64,000 nucleotides of DNA, taken from contig CADEER010000007.1 in NCBI GenBank assembly GCA_902826395.1, positions 7,014-71,013 of the forward strand. The letters are read 5' to 3'. Position numbers and translations under genes: made by a program. This DNA is from an uncultured bacterium. Its GTDB lineage: Bacteria > Desulfobacterota > Binatia > HRBIN30 > CADEER01. Below are positions 29,240 to 39,520 of the stretch, one piece after another. The notes beneath the pieces were generated by a model. The model searched no databases. It saw only the letters and a list, made by a program, of their open reading frames with translations, and was not told the DNA's origin. Each line of letters starts with the position of its first letter. The first letter of the stretch is position 1.

Positions 29240-30022
29240 ATGGCGACGATGATCACGGCCGATTGCATCAACTGTGGCGCTTGCGAGCCCGAGTGCCCCA
29301 ACACGGCCATCTATCAGGGCGGCGTCGAATGGGAGATGGACGGTGTCAAACACCCGCCCCTCGTCGCCGATGTCTTCTACATCGTCCCCGAAAAATGCAC
29401 GGAGTGCGTCGGCTTCTTCGACCAGGAGGCGTGTGCGGCGGTGTGTCCGGTGGATGTGTGCATCCCCAATCCGGATATCCCCGAGACCGAGGCGCAGCTG
29501 ATCGAGCGCGCCAAGCAGTTGCATCCGGGCACGAGTTTCGGCGCCGACTTTCCCTCTCGTTTCCGCGAGGGCGGGGAAGCAGGTGCGGCACCTGAAGCCG
29601 CGGCGCCCGCGCCTGCCGCCGCGGCGGCGCCGGTGCGGAGCGCCGTAGCGGTCGGCCCGTCGCTCAACCTGCCCGCCGTCGAAACCTGGGAGGTACCGAT
29701 CGACTGCCATTCCTGCGGTGGCTCGTACGCGGTGCTGTTCCAGCATCTGCGCAGCGGCAACGTCCTGCGCTGCCCTTATTGCAAAGGCCCGTACATCGTC
29801 ACCACCAGTCTACACAATCAGATCAGCAAGGTGTTGCGGGAGTTCCACGCGCGGTGGATGACCGCATTCGAGGAACTTCGGGAGCGCCGGCAGCGCGAAA
29901 TGGACGAGTTCGAAGCGCGACAGAAGGCCGAGCTCGAAGACATCAACGATCAGGTGCGAGCCTTGAGCAAATCGGTACTGGCGCCCGGTGCGCCGAAGAA
30001 GCGCGCCTGGATTTTCGGATAG
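29240..30022 (+). CDS. 2x[4Fe-4S] ferredoxin-domain protein with a C-terminal Cys-pair (zinc-ribbon-like) and coiled-coil extension
   Basis: ATG 29240 with RBS GAGGAG. CINCGACEPECP and CTECVGFFDQEACAAVCP clusters. C-terminal CHSCGG…CPYCKG. Confidence 0.75.
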   Translation: MATMITADCINCGACEPECPNTAIYQGGVEWEMDGVKHPPLVADVFYIVPEKCTECVGFFDQEACAAVCPVDVCIPNPDIPETEAQLIERAKQLHPGTSFGADFPSRFREGGEAGAAPEAAAPAPAAAAAPVRSAVAVGPSLNLPAVETWEVPIDCHSCGGSYAVLFQHLRSGNVLRCPYCKGPYIVTTSLHNQISKVLREFHARWMTAFEELRERRQREMDEFEARQKAELEDINDQVRALSKSVLAPGAPKKRAWIFG

Positions 30023-30110
30023 CGAGCTGCGCGCCGGCCGGTCCACCGAACCGGCCTCTGCACGGCGCGCGGTAGTGGCGGGGGTGGCGTGGTAGGGTCG
30101 GGAAGAGCGC

Positions 30111-31013
30111 GTGCGTAAGCCTCCAGCTCTCAAACCTGGTCAAACGATCGGAGTCGTGGCACCGGCGGCGGTCGCCGACGCGCTCGCGGTGGAGTCTGGC
30201 GTGCGACTGTTGCGCCAGGCCGGCTACCGGGTGGCGGTCGGCAATGCGGTGTTTCGACGAGCCGGATACCTCGCCGGCAATGATGCCGAGCGGCTGGCCG
30301 ATCTGGTGGCGATGTTCCGCGATCCAGATGTAAGCGTCATCCTGGCCGCGCGGGGCGGATATGGTTCGGGACGCCTCCTTCCGTCGCTCGCGGATGCGCT
30401 CGACGATGCACCCGCGAAGATCGTCGTCGGCTACAGTGACCTCACCTTCTTGCTGACCTTTCTGAACCAGAAGAGCGATCTGGTGGTCTTTCACGGCCCG
30501 ATGCTCTCCGACTTCGAGGCCAAGCCGCAGGCGATGCCCGAGCTATTGGCGCTGTTGCGCGGTGACAAGACCGGATGGAATCTCAGCGGCAAGACGATCG
30601 TTCAGCCGGGAACGGCCGAAGGCCTGCTAGCCGGTGGTTGCCTGTCGGCAGTGGTCGCCGCTCTCGGCACGCCGTACGAAATCGAGACGCGAGGCAAAAT
30701 CGTCTTTCTCGAGGACATCAACGAGAAGCCCTACCGCATCGACCGGATGCTGACGCAGCTGCGGCAAGCGGGAAAGCTGGACGATGTGGCGGGGGTCATG
30801 TTCGGCGAGATGGTCGGCTGCAGCGCCGACCCGGGCGAGTCGGTCAAGGTGAACGACGTCATCGAGCAGCAGTTTGCCGGCTGCGACTATCCCGTGGTGT
30901 CCGGAATTCCGAGCGGCCACGGAGTCGGAACGGCGACTCTGCCGCTCGGCGTGCGGGTTCGCCTGGCGGGACAGCGTTTGACCTTTCTCGAGTCGCCGTT
31001 CGCGGAGCGCTGA
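30111..31013 (+). CDS. ldcA: LD-carboxypeptidase (muramoyltetrapeptide carboxypeptidase, peptidase S66)
   Basis: GYSD nucleophile motif (VVGYSDLTFLL). Ser-Glu-His family layout, ~300 aa. Confidence 0.85.
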   Translation: MRKPPALKPGQTIGVVAPAAVADALAVESGVRLLRQAGYRVAVGNAVFRRAGYLAGNDAERLADLVAMFRDPDVSVILAARGGYGSGRLLPSLADALDDAPAKIVVGYSDLTFLLTFLNQKSDLVVFHGPMLSDFEAKPQAMPELLALLRGDKTGWNLSGKTIVQPGTAEGLLAGGCLSAVVAALGTPYEIETRGKIVFLEDINEKPYRIDRMLTQLRQAGKLDDVAGVMFGEMVGCSADPGESVKVNDVIEQQFAGCDYPVVSGIPSGHGVGTATLPLGVRVRLAGQRLTFLESPFAER

Positions 31014-31017
31014 CCCG

Positions 31018-32154
31018 ATGTCGGTTCCTGACATCGACGAGGCGTTCGAAGACGCCGTCGCGCGCGGCGTGTTTCCCGGCGCCGTGGTTCTGGTGCGCGA
31101 TGGCAGCTCGGAGCCGGAGGTGCGCGCCTATGGCAACAGTTCGATCGACCCTGAAGTCCGCCCGATGGCGGAGGATACGATCTTCGATCTGTCGTCGCTG
31201 ACCAAGCCGCTGGCGACGACCGTGGCGGTCATGCTGCTGGTCCGAGACGGCATGCTGCGCGTCGACGATCGGGTGTCACGCTTCTTCCACAACTTCGGTG
31301 TCCACGGAAAGACGCACGTCACCTTCCGCCATCTACTCAGCCACTGCTCGGGGCTGGCGGCATGGCGGCCGTACTACAAGACGATTCAGCAGATCGAGCA
31401 ACGCGGCGAGAAGGTCAATTTCCTCGTCAGCGCCGCCGCCAAGGAGTTCGTCTACCAGGAGATCTGCCGGGAGCGGCCGGAAGCGCCGCCCGGCACGCGC
31501 GCGGTGTACAGCGACCTGGGCTTCATGTTGCTCGGCGCGGTGGTCGAGACCATCAGCGGCAAACCCCTCGATCGCTTCTGCCGCGATCGGATCTTCAAGC
31601 CGCTGCAACTGCGCTCGACATCGTTCATCGACCTCACCATGGTACGGGCGCGGCGCATCGAGCCGGTGACCGACATGATCGCGCCCACCGAACGCTGCCC
31701 CTGGCGTGGGCGGGTGCTCTGCGGCGCGGTGCATGACGATAACGCCTACGCGATGGGTGGTGTGGCCGGACACGCAGGGCTGTTCGGCTCGGCGCGCGAC
31801 ATCGATCGGCTGCTCGTGCAATTGCGCGCCTGCTGGCTCGGTGAAAGCGCCTTTCTGCCGTCGCGCATCCTGCGCGAGTTCTGGAAGGTGGACGGCACGG
31901 TGCCCGGTTCCACCTGGGCGCTCGGCTGGGATACTCCGGCGCCAACACAGTCGATGGCCGGGGTTCGGTTCTCCAAGAATACAGTGGGCCACCTCGGATT
32001 CACCGGAACGTCGGTGTGGATGGATCTCGAACGCAACCGCCACGTCGTCCTGCTCACCAATCGCGTTCACCCGCGCCGCGACAACGACGGCATCCGGGAA
32101 TTTCGACCGATGATCCACGACCGCATCGTCGCGGCGCTGGAGGGACAGCAATGA
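31018..32154 (+). CDS. Serine hydrolase of the beta-lactamase/PBP transpeptidase-fold family
   Basis: SxxK motif SLTKP, YxN-like and HxG elements. Positioned between ldcA and mpl, 4 nt after ldcA. Confidence 0.8.
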   Translation: MSVPDIDEAFEDAVARGVFPGAVVLVRDGSSEPEVRAYGNSSIDPEVRPMAEDTIFDLSSLTKPLATTVAVMLLVRDGMLRVDDRVSRFFHNFGVHGKTHVTFRHLLSHCSGLAAWRPYYKTIQQIEQRGEKVNFLVSAAAKEFVYQEICRERPEAPPGTRAVYSDLGFMLLGAVVETISGKPLDRFCRDRIFKPLQLRSTSFIDLTMVRARRIEPVTDMIAPTERCPWRGRVLCGAVHDDNAYAMGGVAGHAGLFGSARDIDRLLVQLRACWLGESAFLPSRILREFWKVDGTVPGSTWALGWDTPAPTQSMAGVRFSKNTVGHLGFTGTSVWMDLERNRHVVLLTNRVHPRRDNDGIREFRPMIHDRIVAALEGQQ

Positions 32155-33617
32155 GCGATTTCTCCACCAGCAGCGGTCCGATCGAAGGGCGCGGTGATGT
32201 GAGTTGGGAGGGCCTGCACTCCGCCCATCTGATTGCCGTTGCCGGTGTCGGCATGACGGCGCTCGCCGGATTGCTTGCGGCGCGTGGCCTGGCAGTGCGC
32301 GGCTCGGACGAGCAGATATACCCGCCGATGAGCGATGTGTTGGCGAACATGGGCATCGCCGTGGCGATCGGTCATCGCGCCGAGAACCTGGTCCCGCGAC
32401 CGGACCTGGTGATCGTCGGCAACAAGGTCTCGCGCGGCAATCCCGAGGCCGAGGCGCTGCTCGCCTCCGACATTCCGTTTCTCTCCATGCCGGCGGCACT
32501 GGGCCGTCTCTTCCTGAGCGACAAGCGATCACTGGTGGTCGCCGGTACGCACGGCAAGTCGACGTCGACCGCGATGCTGGCCAATGTCCTGCGCTGCGCA
32601 GGTCGCGATCCGAGTATGATGGTAGGAGGCCATGCACTCGACTTCGGCGGTAACTTTGCCGCCGGTTCCGGCGAGCACTTCGTCATCGAGGGCGACGAGT
32701 ACGACAGCGCCTTTTTCGACAAGCGGCCGAAGTTCATTCACTATCGACCCGACGGTGCGATCCTCACCGCTGTGGAGTTCGACCACGCCGACATCTACCG
32801 CGATCTCGACGCCGTCAAATCTGCCTTTCGCGACTTCGTCGCGCTGCTCCCGTCCGGAGCGCCGCTCGTCGTCAACACGATCTTCCCGCACGCGCTCGAA
32901 GTGGTTCGCACCGCTGCGCACTGTCGTGTGGAGACGTTCGGCCTCGATGGCGCGCGTTGGTCCTACGACCAATTGCGCGACGACGGAGAGCGGACGCGTT
33001 TTCGCGTGCGCTGCGATGGTGCGGCGGTCGGCGAGGTGGCGCTCCGCGCCCCGGGCTCGATCAACGTGTGGAACGCGATGGGAGTATACGTCCTCGCACG
33101 CCTCGAAGGATTGTCGCACGACGAGGTCGCCGCCGGCCTCGAGTCGTTTCACGGCGTCGCTCGCCGACAGGAGTTCGTCGGCGACTTGAACGGCGTCACG
33201 CTCATCGACGATTTCGCCCACCACCCGACGGCGGTGCGCGGAGTGCTGTCGGCGCTGCGCGAGCGATATCCAAAGCGACGCATGTGGGCGCTCTTCGAGC
33301 CGCGCTCCAATACGAGTCGGCGCGCCGTCTTCCAGGACGACTACGCGACCGCACTGGCCACCGCCGACGAGATCGTGTTGGCGCAGGTGTTTCGCAAGAA
33401 CACCGACCTCGTCGCCGCCGAACACGAGCTTTCGACCGACAAGCTGGTCGCCGATCTGCGCGCGCAGGGTCGGGGTGCCAGGGTCGTTGCCGACAGTGCG
33501 GCCATCGCCGATCTCATCGACGCCGAAGCGCGCCCAGGTGACGTCGTAGTAATGATGTCGAACGGCGCCTTCGGGGGATTGCGACGCCTTCTCGTGGAGC
33601 GCCTGACGACTGCCTGA
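32151..33617 (+). CDS. mpl: UDP-N-acetylmuramate:L-alanyl-gamma-D-glutamyl-meso-diaminopimelate ligase (Mpl; Mur ligase family)
   Basis: Start MSDFS overlaps the upstream stop (ATGA). Mur ligase P-loop GTHGKSTSTAM, DEYDSAF, MurC-like N-terminal domain. Confidence 0.85.
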   Translation: MSDFSTSSGPIEGRGDVSWEGLHSAHLIAVAGVGMTALAGLLAARGLAVRGSDEQIYPPMSDVLANMGIAVAIGHRAENLVPRPDLVIVGNKVSRGNPEAEALLASDIPFLSMPAALGRLFLSDKRSLVVAGTHGKSTSTAMLANVLRCAGRDPSMMVGGHALDFGGNFAAGSGEHFVIEGDEYDSAFFDKRPKFIHYRPDGAILTAVEFDHADIYRDLDAVKSAFRDFVALLPSGAPLVVNTIFPHALEVVRTAAHCRVETFGLDGARWSYDQLRDDGERTRFRVRCDGAAVGEVALRAPGSINVWNAMGVYVLARLEGLSHDEVAAGLESFHGVARRQEFVGDLNGVTLIDDFAHHPTAVRGVLSALRERYPKRRMWALFEPRSNTSRRAVFQDDYATALATADEIVLAQVFRKNTDLVAAEHELSTDKLVADLRAQGRGARVVADSAAIADLIDAEARPGDVVVMMSNGAFGGLRRLLVERLTTA

Positions 33618-33900
33618 CCGGCCCGGGCGCTGTCCACCGGGCGGCACGGATGCTCATCTTGTCGGTGTAGGACCGTCACTCAAGTTTTCGATTTTGTGAC
33701 TCTTCCGCCTTCTTGACCTTCTGGTCGAGAAGGCCGACCACCGAGTCTTGCCGAGGTGGCGGCAAGGCGTCCGGGAAGGCGAGGGATTGCCCCCTAAGTG
33801 GTTTTGCGTGTTGATTTTCCGCGCCGATTGAACGACTGTGCTGCGGCTGCACTCAGCGCTAAGCCCGACATACTCAAGGACAGCGATTCCGGGGGGAACG

Positions 33901-36900
33901 ATGTCACGGACTGACTTTTTACCGCGCCGGCGGGGGTTCTTCCGGCGCTCGGCGATTATCGTACTGTTCGCGATTGCGATCGCCGGCCCTTCGTTCGCCT
34001 CGCATTTTCGTTTCGCGCATACGACGTGGGCTCCGCGGCAAGACATTGCCGCAAACGCCGTCGACTTCACGGTTCAGGCTGCTTGGCGTCGTTCTGCCTA
34101 CCGCAGCAACAACGACCGCTGCATCAGCGCGGCCACACTCAACGACGTGGCGTGTACGGGACCTGGCGGCGCCGCCGGCGTCGGCGACATCGTTCACGAA
34201 CGCCAGGGCAACTCGCGTTTCAACCCGGGCGACTCGAGCGGTTTGATCGGCGGGCCCGGTTCGCTGAGCGAGGCATTGCTGTTTCTGGTTACGTCGATCG
34301 ACGTCGACAACGACTGGTTGTTCGGCACCGCTCTCGATCCGGATAGCCTGCCCGACGCGGCAGCTCCCTACGATACGAAGATCACGCACGTGTATCCGAC
34401 CGCGGGCAATTTCACTGCCCATCTCAGCGACTGTTGCAGACTCAGTGAATGTCAGGATCCGAGCGCGCACATGAACAACCCGGACCAGTCCTACCGGGTC
34501 GAGACGCGCGTCAACGTCGGCACTGGCAAGAGCTCGCCGGTATCGAACCTGCCGCCGATCGTCATCTGCCCGGACAGCGGCCTCTGCCAATTCACGATTC
34601 CCGTCTCCGACAATGATCTCGATCCGGTGACGTTCCGGTTGTCGACGACATCGGAGTCGGGCCTTTCTCGGCAACCCGGTACACCGCAGTGTCCGAACTC
34701 GGCCACGGTCAATCCGATCACCGGGGTTTACTCGTGGAACACGACAGGCTGCCGGACGGCGGCCAGCCCAGGACCGGCCCCGCCGAACGGCGGTTGCAAC
34801 GATCCGGACCTGAACACCCTCTACTCGTCGCAGGTGATGCTCGAGGAACCGCCCGGCGGCAGTCGCGTCGCTCTGGATTTTCTCATCCAACTGGTTTCGT
34901 CCTGTGAGTTGGGCAACCAGGCGCCCGTGTTCGATGGCCCGACGCCGCCGTGCGGCTCGACGCTGTCGGTGAATCCGGGTAGCCCGGTCTCGTTTACGGT
35001 GCGCGCGACCGACCCGGACGCAACTTCCGTGCAGCTCAACGCAACCGGGTTGCCGTCCGGAGCCAGCATGACGCCCGGGCTGCCGGTCTCCGGCCAGCCT
35101 GCTTCGAGCTCGTTCTCGTGGACGCCGGGCGCTCAGCAAGAAGGGCAATACGTCGTGGTGTTCAACGCCACGGACGGATGCGCCTCGCAAACGCTCTGCA
35201 GCATCACCATCGATGTCAGCAATGAAGTGTGCGACGACGGTGTCGACAACGACGGCGACACTCTCGCCGATTGCGCCGACCCCGACTGCTCCGCGACCGC
35301 CTGCAACGACGGCTCTTTCTGCACGATCTCGGACCGCTGTAACGCCGGTACCTGCGCCGGGACGCCGCGCGATTGCGATGACGCCAACGAATGCACCGTC
35401 GATTCGTGCGACGAGGGAGCGAACGTATGTGTGCAGGACGCCGCGAGCGCCAACGGCAGCTCGTGTGAGGACGGTCAGTTCTGCACCGACGGCGACACCT
35501 GCGCGAGCGGTACCTGCGTCAGCGGCCCACCGCGCGATTGCACGGTGTTTGGCGGTTCGTGCACGACCGGCTTGTGCAACGAGTCCGCCGATCAATGCGA
35601 GCCCGAGCCGGCCAACGACGGATCGGCTTGCGATGACGGACTGTTCTGCACGTCTGGAGAGTTCTGCTCCGGCGGAAGCTGCGCCGGCGGGTCGGTCGTC
35701 GAATGCAACGACGACAATGGCTGCACGTCCGATGTCTGCAGCGAGGATGGCGACCAGTGCCTCAACGACGTCTTGCCCGGATGTTGTGGCAACGGCCTGA
35801 TCGAGCAGGGCGAGGAGTGCGACGACGGCAACCAGGGCGGCGGCGACGGCTGCGAGGCCGACTGTATGCGTTCGACCGAATGCAGCTTCGACTTCGGCGG
35901 CGGCAACGAGCGGTTCGCCGGCGGTTGCGGCGCGCCGAGCTTCGCCGATGTGCAAGCCGCGGTGGACGCCTCGTCGGATGGCGACGTGGTGACGGTATGT
36001 CCCGGCACCTTCGTCGGCTCGGTCGTCGTCCACAAGGAGATCGTGCTCCGATCGTTTTCCGGCGCCGCAACGACCGAGTTGCGTGCAACCGGGACGACCG
36101 TCGACGTGCGGCGCAGCGGCGTGGCGATCGAAGGATTGACCATCGTTTCGGAAGCCGGCGCCGCGATCGCGGCGGATTCCATCTGTCCGCTCGGGCAAAG
36201 CTCGTGCTCCAATGCCGCCGGGTCCAATCTGCGCATCGTCGACAACGTGATTCGGGATAGCGTCGCCGGTGTCCGCTGGACCAGCCGCGTCGACTGCGTA
36301 CAGATCAGCAGCAATGATCTGGTCGGCAACGCGGCGCCGATCTCCCTGCTGCAGGCGAGCGGGCCGCCCGCCGTTCTGGTGGAAATCGGCGGTGACGGCG
36401 GCGGTGTCGGAGCCGGTAACTTCGTCTCGGGTGGCGGCGCCGTCGCCTCGATTCGGGTCGCCGGCATCGAGGTGTCGGTCGTGGCCAACGTGATCGAGGA
36501 CGCGCTGGGCGACGGTCTCGCGGTGGGCGATGTCCTTAGTGTGCCGGTGACGGTGGCGGCCAATGCGATTCGGCGCTCGGCGGGCAACGGCATCGTAGTC
36601 GGCAACGTGGCCGACGGCACCAGCATCGTCGAGAACGATGTCGAGGCCAACGCGGGGGACGGAATTCGCATCCTGCCCGGCGCTGCTGGCGCGGTGGTGC
36701 GCAACAACAACATCACCGACAACGGCGTCGGTCTCGGCAACGAAGCCGCAATGGGTTCGCTGGACGCCAGATTGAACTGGTGGGATTCGCAGACCGGGCC
36801 GAGCGGGTTGTTCACCGGCGTGGGGGACTCGATCGAGAACCGCGCCGCGGGCACGACTCAGTTCATCGAGTTCCTGTGCCGACCCTTCCCCGAGGGCTTC

Positions 36901-38301
36901 GCCAGCGTGGATGGCCTCTGCAGTATCGAGACGGCCGAGCTCCGCCAGTTGGTGCCCGGGCGGCGGCCGGATCTGGATCCGTTTGGCCGCTTCATCGTCT
37001 TCGAGACGACCCGCGATCTCGACGTCGACGCGCGCAGCTCACTGGAAAACTCGGACGGCAGCCAGGAAGTCTTCGTGCTCGATCGCCGGCCGCGGCCAAA
37101 GCTGGGGGGCATCTGTCTCGGCGGCCTTTTGCCGTGCGACTTCGACAACGTCGAGATGTGCACGCAGTGCAATGGCAATGCCCAGTGTCCGGGCGATCCG
37201 GCGGCGGATCCCATCGTCCTGAACGGCGAATGTGTGCAGGTGACGCAGCTCACCGACGGCGCCGGTGTGGAGATGAGCGGCGAGGCGAGGATCACGGGGC
37301 GTGGCAAGGAAGTCTTCTGCGCCACGACTGCCGATCAGATGGGGAGCAATCCGGACGGCTCCGCCGAGCTCTTCAACTGGAATCGAAAGCGCTTCGAGAA
37401 AGGCGGCCCGGCGGTGCCGATGACGCTGCTGACCAGCGAGACGCCCGACGTTTCACACGCCGCACCCGCACCGAGCATCTCGGGGCGAGTCGTTGCGCTC
37501 GAGTCGAACAGCGATCCGCTCGGCGAGAACCCGGACGGCAACACGGAGATCTTTCTCTACTCGCCGCGCAAGGACGAGTGGTACCAGGTCACCAGGACGA
37601 CCGGCTTCTGCTCGGCGAGTGGCGAGGACTGCGTCAGCGACGACGAATGCGAGGGACCGGGCGACTCGTGTCAGCCGGTTGAGAACAGACTTCCGGCGAC
37701 GGTCGACGGGCGGCGAGTGGTCTTCGACTCGACGGGCGACTTGCACAACGACCACCGCCGGCCTGGATTCAACAACCCCGACCACAACCGCGAGATCTTC
37801 ATCGCCAAGATGAAGAAGAGCGGCCTGCCCGTGATAACGCAGGTCACCGACTCGGTTGCACCGGTCGACAATCGCGCGCCGACCGGTGACACGCGCGCCA
37901 AGCTCGTAGCCTTCAGCTCGAACGGCGACTACGCGGGACTGAACGACGACGGCAGTCGCGAAATTTTCGTTTGGAGCGCCAAGGATCCGATCGAGCAGAT
38001 CACGAATGCTCCGGCAGGCGAGAGCACCAACCCCGTGATTGGCGCCAGCGGCCGCTGGCTGGTGTTCGAGTCGACCTCCGACCTCGAGTTGAACGGCGCC
38101 ACCAATCGACGAGTGTTCCAGTTCGACCGGGAGCTCGGCGAGCTCCTGGCGCTGTCCCGACTGCGCTTCGGCACCAACCAACTGCCGCGGTTGCGCCGAC
38201 GGCGGTTCGTTACCTGGGAATCGACGGCGAATCTCACCGGCGGAAACCCGTCCGGCGAGTGGGTGATCTTCGTCTTCGACCGCAAGAAGAACGACGACTG
38301 A
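33901..38301 (+). CDS. Giant secreted multidomain protein: Tat-like signal, Myxococcus cysteine-rich repeats, right-handed parallel beta-helix repeats, C-terminal PD40/TolB-like beta-propeller
   Basis: N-terminus MSRTDFLPRRRGFFRRSAIIVLFAIAIAGPSFA. About 9 Cys-rich modules (CxDGxxCTxxDxCxxGxC), one with CCGNGLIEQGEECDDGNQGGGDGCEADC (myxo disulfide repeat). NxIxxN-type beta-helix turns (…NVIRDS…NVIEDA…NAIRRS…NNNITDNG…). 7+ repeats of xxFxSxxxLxxxNPDGxxEIF (PD40). Confidence 0.8.
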   Translation: MSRTDFLPRRRGFFRRSAIIVLFAIAIAGPSFASHFRFAHTTWAPRQDIAANAVDFTVQAAWRRSAYRSNNDRCISAATLNDVACTGPGGAAGVGDIVHERQGNSRFNPGDSSGLIGGPGSLSEALLFLVTSIDVDNDWLFGTALDPDSLPDAAAPYDTKITHVYPTAGNFTAHLSDCCRLSECQDPSAHMNNPDQSYRVETRVNVGTGKSSPVSNLPPIVICPDSGLCQFTIPVSDNDLDPVTFRLSTTSESGLSRQPGTPQCPNSATVNPITGVYSWNTTGCRTAASPGPAPPNGGCNDPDLNTLYSSQVMLEEPPGGSRVALDFLIQLVSSCELGNQAPVFDGPTPPCGSTLSVNPGSPVSFTVRATDPDATSVQLNATGLPSGASMTPGLPVSGQPASSSFSWTPGAQQEGQYVVVFNATDGCASQTLCSITIDVSNEVCDDGVDNDGDTLADCADPDCSATACNDGSFCTISDRCNAGTCAGTPRDCDDANECTVDSCDEGANVCVQDAASANGSSCEDGQFCTDGDTCASGTCVSGPPRDCTVFGGSCTTGLCNESADQCEPEPANDGSACDDGLFCTSGEFCSGGSCAGGSVVECNDDNGCTSDVCSEDGDQCLNDVLPGCCGNGLIEQGEECDDGNQGGGDGCEADCMRSTECSFDFGGGNERFAGGCGAPSFADVQAAVDASSDGDVVTVCPGTFVGSVVVHKEIVLRSFSGAATTELRATGTTVDVRRSGVAIEGLTIVSEAGAAIAADSICPLGQSSCSNAAGSNLRIVDNVIRDSVAGVRWTSRVDCVQISSNDLVGNAAPISLLQASGPPAVLVEIGGDGGGVGAGNFVSGGGAVASIRVAGIEVSVVANVIEDALGDGLAVGDVLSVPVTVAANAIRRSAGNGIVVGNVADGTSIVENDVEANAGDGIRILPGAAGAVVRNNNITDNGVGLGNEAAMGSLDARLNWWDSQTGPSGLFTGVGDSIENRAAGTTQFIEFLCRPFPEGFASVDGLCSIETAELRQLVPGRRPDLDPFGRFIVFETTRDLDVDARSSLENSDGSQEVFVLDRRPRPKLGGICLGGLLPCDFDNVEMCTQCNGNAQCPGDPAADPIVLNGECVQVTQLTDGAGVEMSGEARITGRGKEVFCATTADQMGSNPDGSAELFNWNRKRFEKGGPAVPMTLLTSETPDVSHAAPAPSISGRVVALESNSDPLGENPDGNTEIFLYSPRKDEWYQVTRTTGFCSASGEDCVSDDECEGPGDSCQPVENRLPATVDGRRVVFDSTGDLHNDHRRPGFNNPDHNREIFIAKMKKSGLPVITQVTDSVAPVDNRAPTGDTRAKLVAFSSNGDYAGLNDDGSREIFVWSAKDPIEQITNAPAGESTNPVIGASGRWLVFESTSDLELNGATNRRVFQFDRELGELLALSRLRFGTNQLPRLRRRRFVTWESTANLTGGNPSGEWVIFVFDRKKNDD

Positions 38302-38376
38302 GCAAGTTCGATCGGGAGCGTGGCGGCGAGCAGTCGCCGTCCCGCTCCCGAAACACTTGCCCAGGCGGTGGAGCGG

Positions 38377-38628
38377 TCAGAATTCCTTGCCGACGTGGCC
38401 GATCAAAGGAGCCGGCTCGCTGTCGAGATCGAGCGGAATCGCCGCCTGCGAAGCGAGGCCCTGCATCGCTTTGCGAGCTAGTCGGCTCGGTTCGATGTGA
38501 CCGTTCTCCCAACGGTTCACGGTCGAAACGGTGACGCCGATCGAATGTGCGAACTCCTCCTGGGTCATGCTCAGGCGGTGACGCAGAGATTGGATCAAGC
38601 TGCCCTGCTGAGTCTTGGTCATTGCCAT
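38377..38628 (-). CDS. Small XRE-family HTH transcriptional regulator (84 aa)
   Basis: Start MAMTKTQ with RBS AGGAGG. LSMTQEEFAHSIGVTVSTVNRWENG is a canonical HTH_3. Confidence 0.65.
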   Translation of the reverse strand: MAMTKTQQGSLIQSLRHRLSMTQEEFAHSIGVTVSTVNRWENGHIEPSRLARKAMQGLASQAAIPLDLDSEPAPLIGHVGKEF

Positions 38629-38978
38629 GATTCTGAATCCTCCTATCCACCTCTGGGGGGTTTCAGCAGCGGAATGCACGGCACGTGCCAGCAGAATCGT
38701 CGATATCTCGACACGTCGAACTCGGGCGGCCGGACCGAGATGGACGGCGAGATCTCGCCGACCGTCCACATTTGATCACATGGACCTGCATTTGACCGCG
38801 CACTCGCCATGCGCTGGGCGATCGGGCCATGGCGATGCCCAGTTTTGTCACCGTCGCGGGAGATTGCCCGGACCGTGATTGGGACAGCAATCGCAACGCT
38901 TCTCGGGGTCTGACTAGGCGGAGGGGACTTCGAGCCGCCGGCCGCTGAGGGGGCTGCGATGCGGTTGAGCGCTTTGTG

Positions 38979-39314
38979 TCAGTCGGTGGCGGGTCGCTTG
39001 CGGCGTCGAGTTTTCGTCGTTCGCCTGGGCTCGGTGCTCTCGACGGGCTTGTGCAGAGAGAGAATTGCCGCCTCGATCGCATCCAGACGACGATGGATTT
39101 GGTCCAGGTCGGCCCGCGTCGCTATGTCCCATCGCTCGAGAATGTTGGCCGTGACGCGACCCTTCTGAACGTCCCGTCCCGGCTCACCCCGTCGCGCTTC
39201 GGTACGGACGCTATCGAGAAGCTGCGTCGCCTCCTTCTGTAGGAAGCGCAGTCGATCAGAGAGGGATCGTAGCGGCGCGTTGAGGTCGGCCTTGTCGGCT
39301 TTCTTGGAAGACAT
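38979..39314 (-). CDS. Hypothetical coiled-coil protein, possibly UbiK/YqiC (BMFP) family
   Basis: …ANILERWDIATRADLDQIHRRLDAIEAAI resembles the LxRLDLVSREEFD…L…L motif of YqiC/UbiK. Weak. Confidence 0.4.
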   Translation of the reverse strand: MSSKKADKADLNAPLRSLSDRLRFLQKEATQLLDSVRTEARRGEPGRDVQKGRVTANILERWDIATRADLDQIHRRLDAIEAAILSLHKPVESTEPRRTTKTRRRKRPATD

Positions 39315-39520
39315 CGAACAAGAGTGTACGACCGACGATCGTGGCGCAATCGAGATGGCGCGGTCGAATCACCGTGAACAGGCGGGAGTCAGGTTGGGTC
39401 GGGTAGAAGCTGTGGACGGTTTCAGAAGCGCAGTTTTATCGCCAAATAGCAGGAATCTTTGTCGTTTGACGTGTTGGATGAGCGAGGACATAGTACGCCG
39501 CTAGCCAGATCGGTGGGAGG

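Noticed and set aside
33919-36198. 759-aa minus-strand ORF inside the giant secreted protein gene
   Set aside because: Antisense to a frame with clear domain repeats. Arg/Ala/Gly-rich with no motifs.
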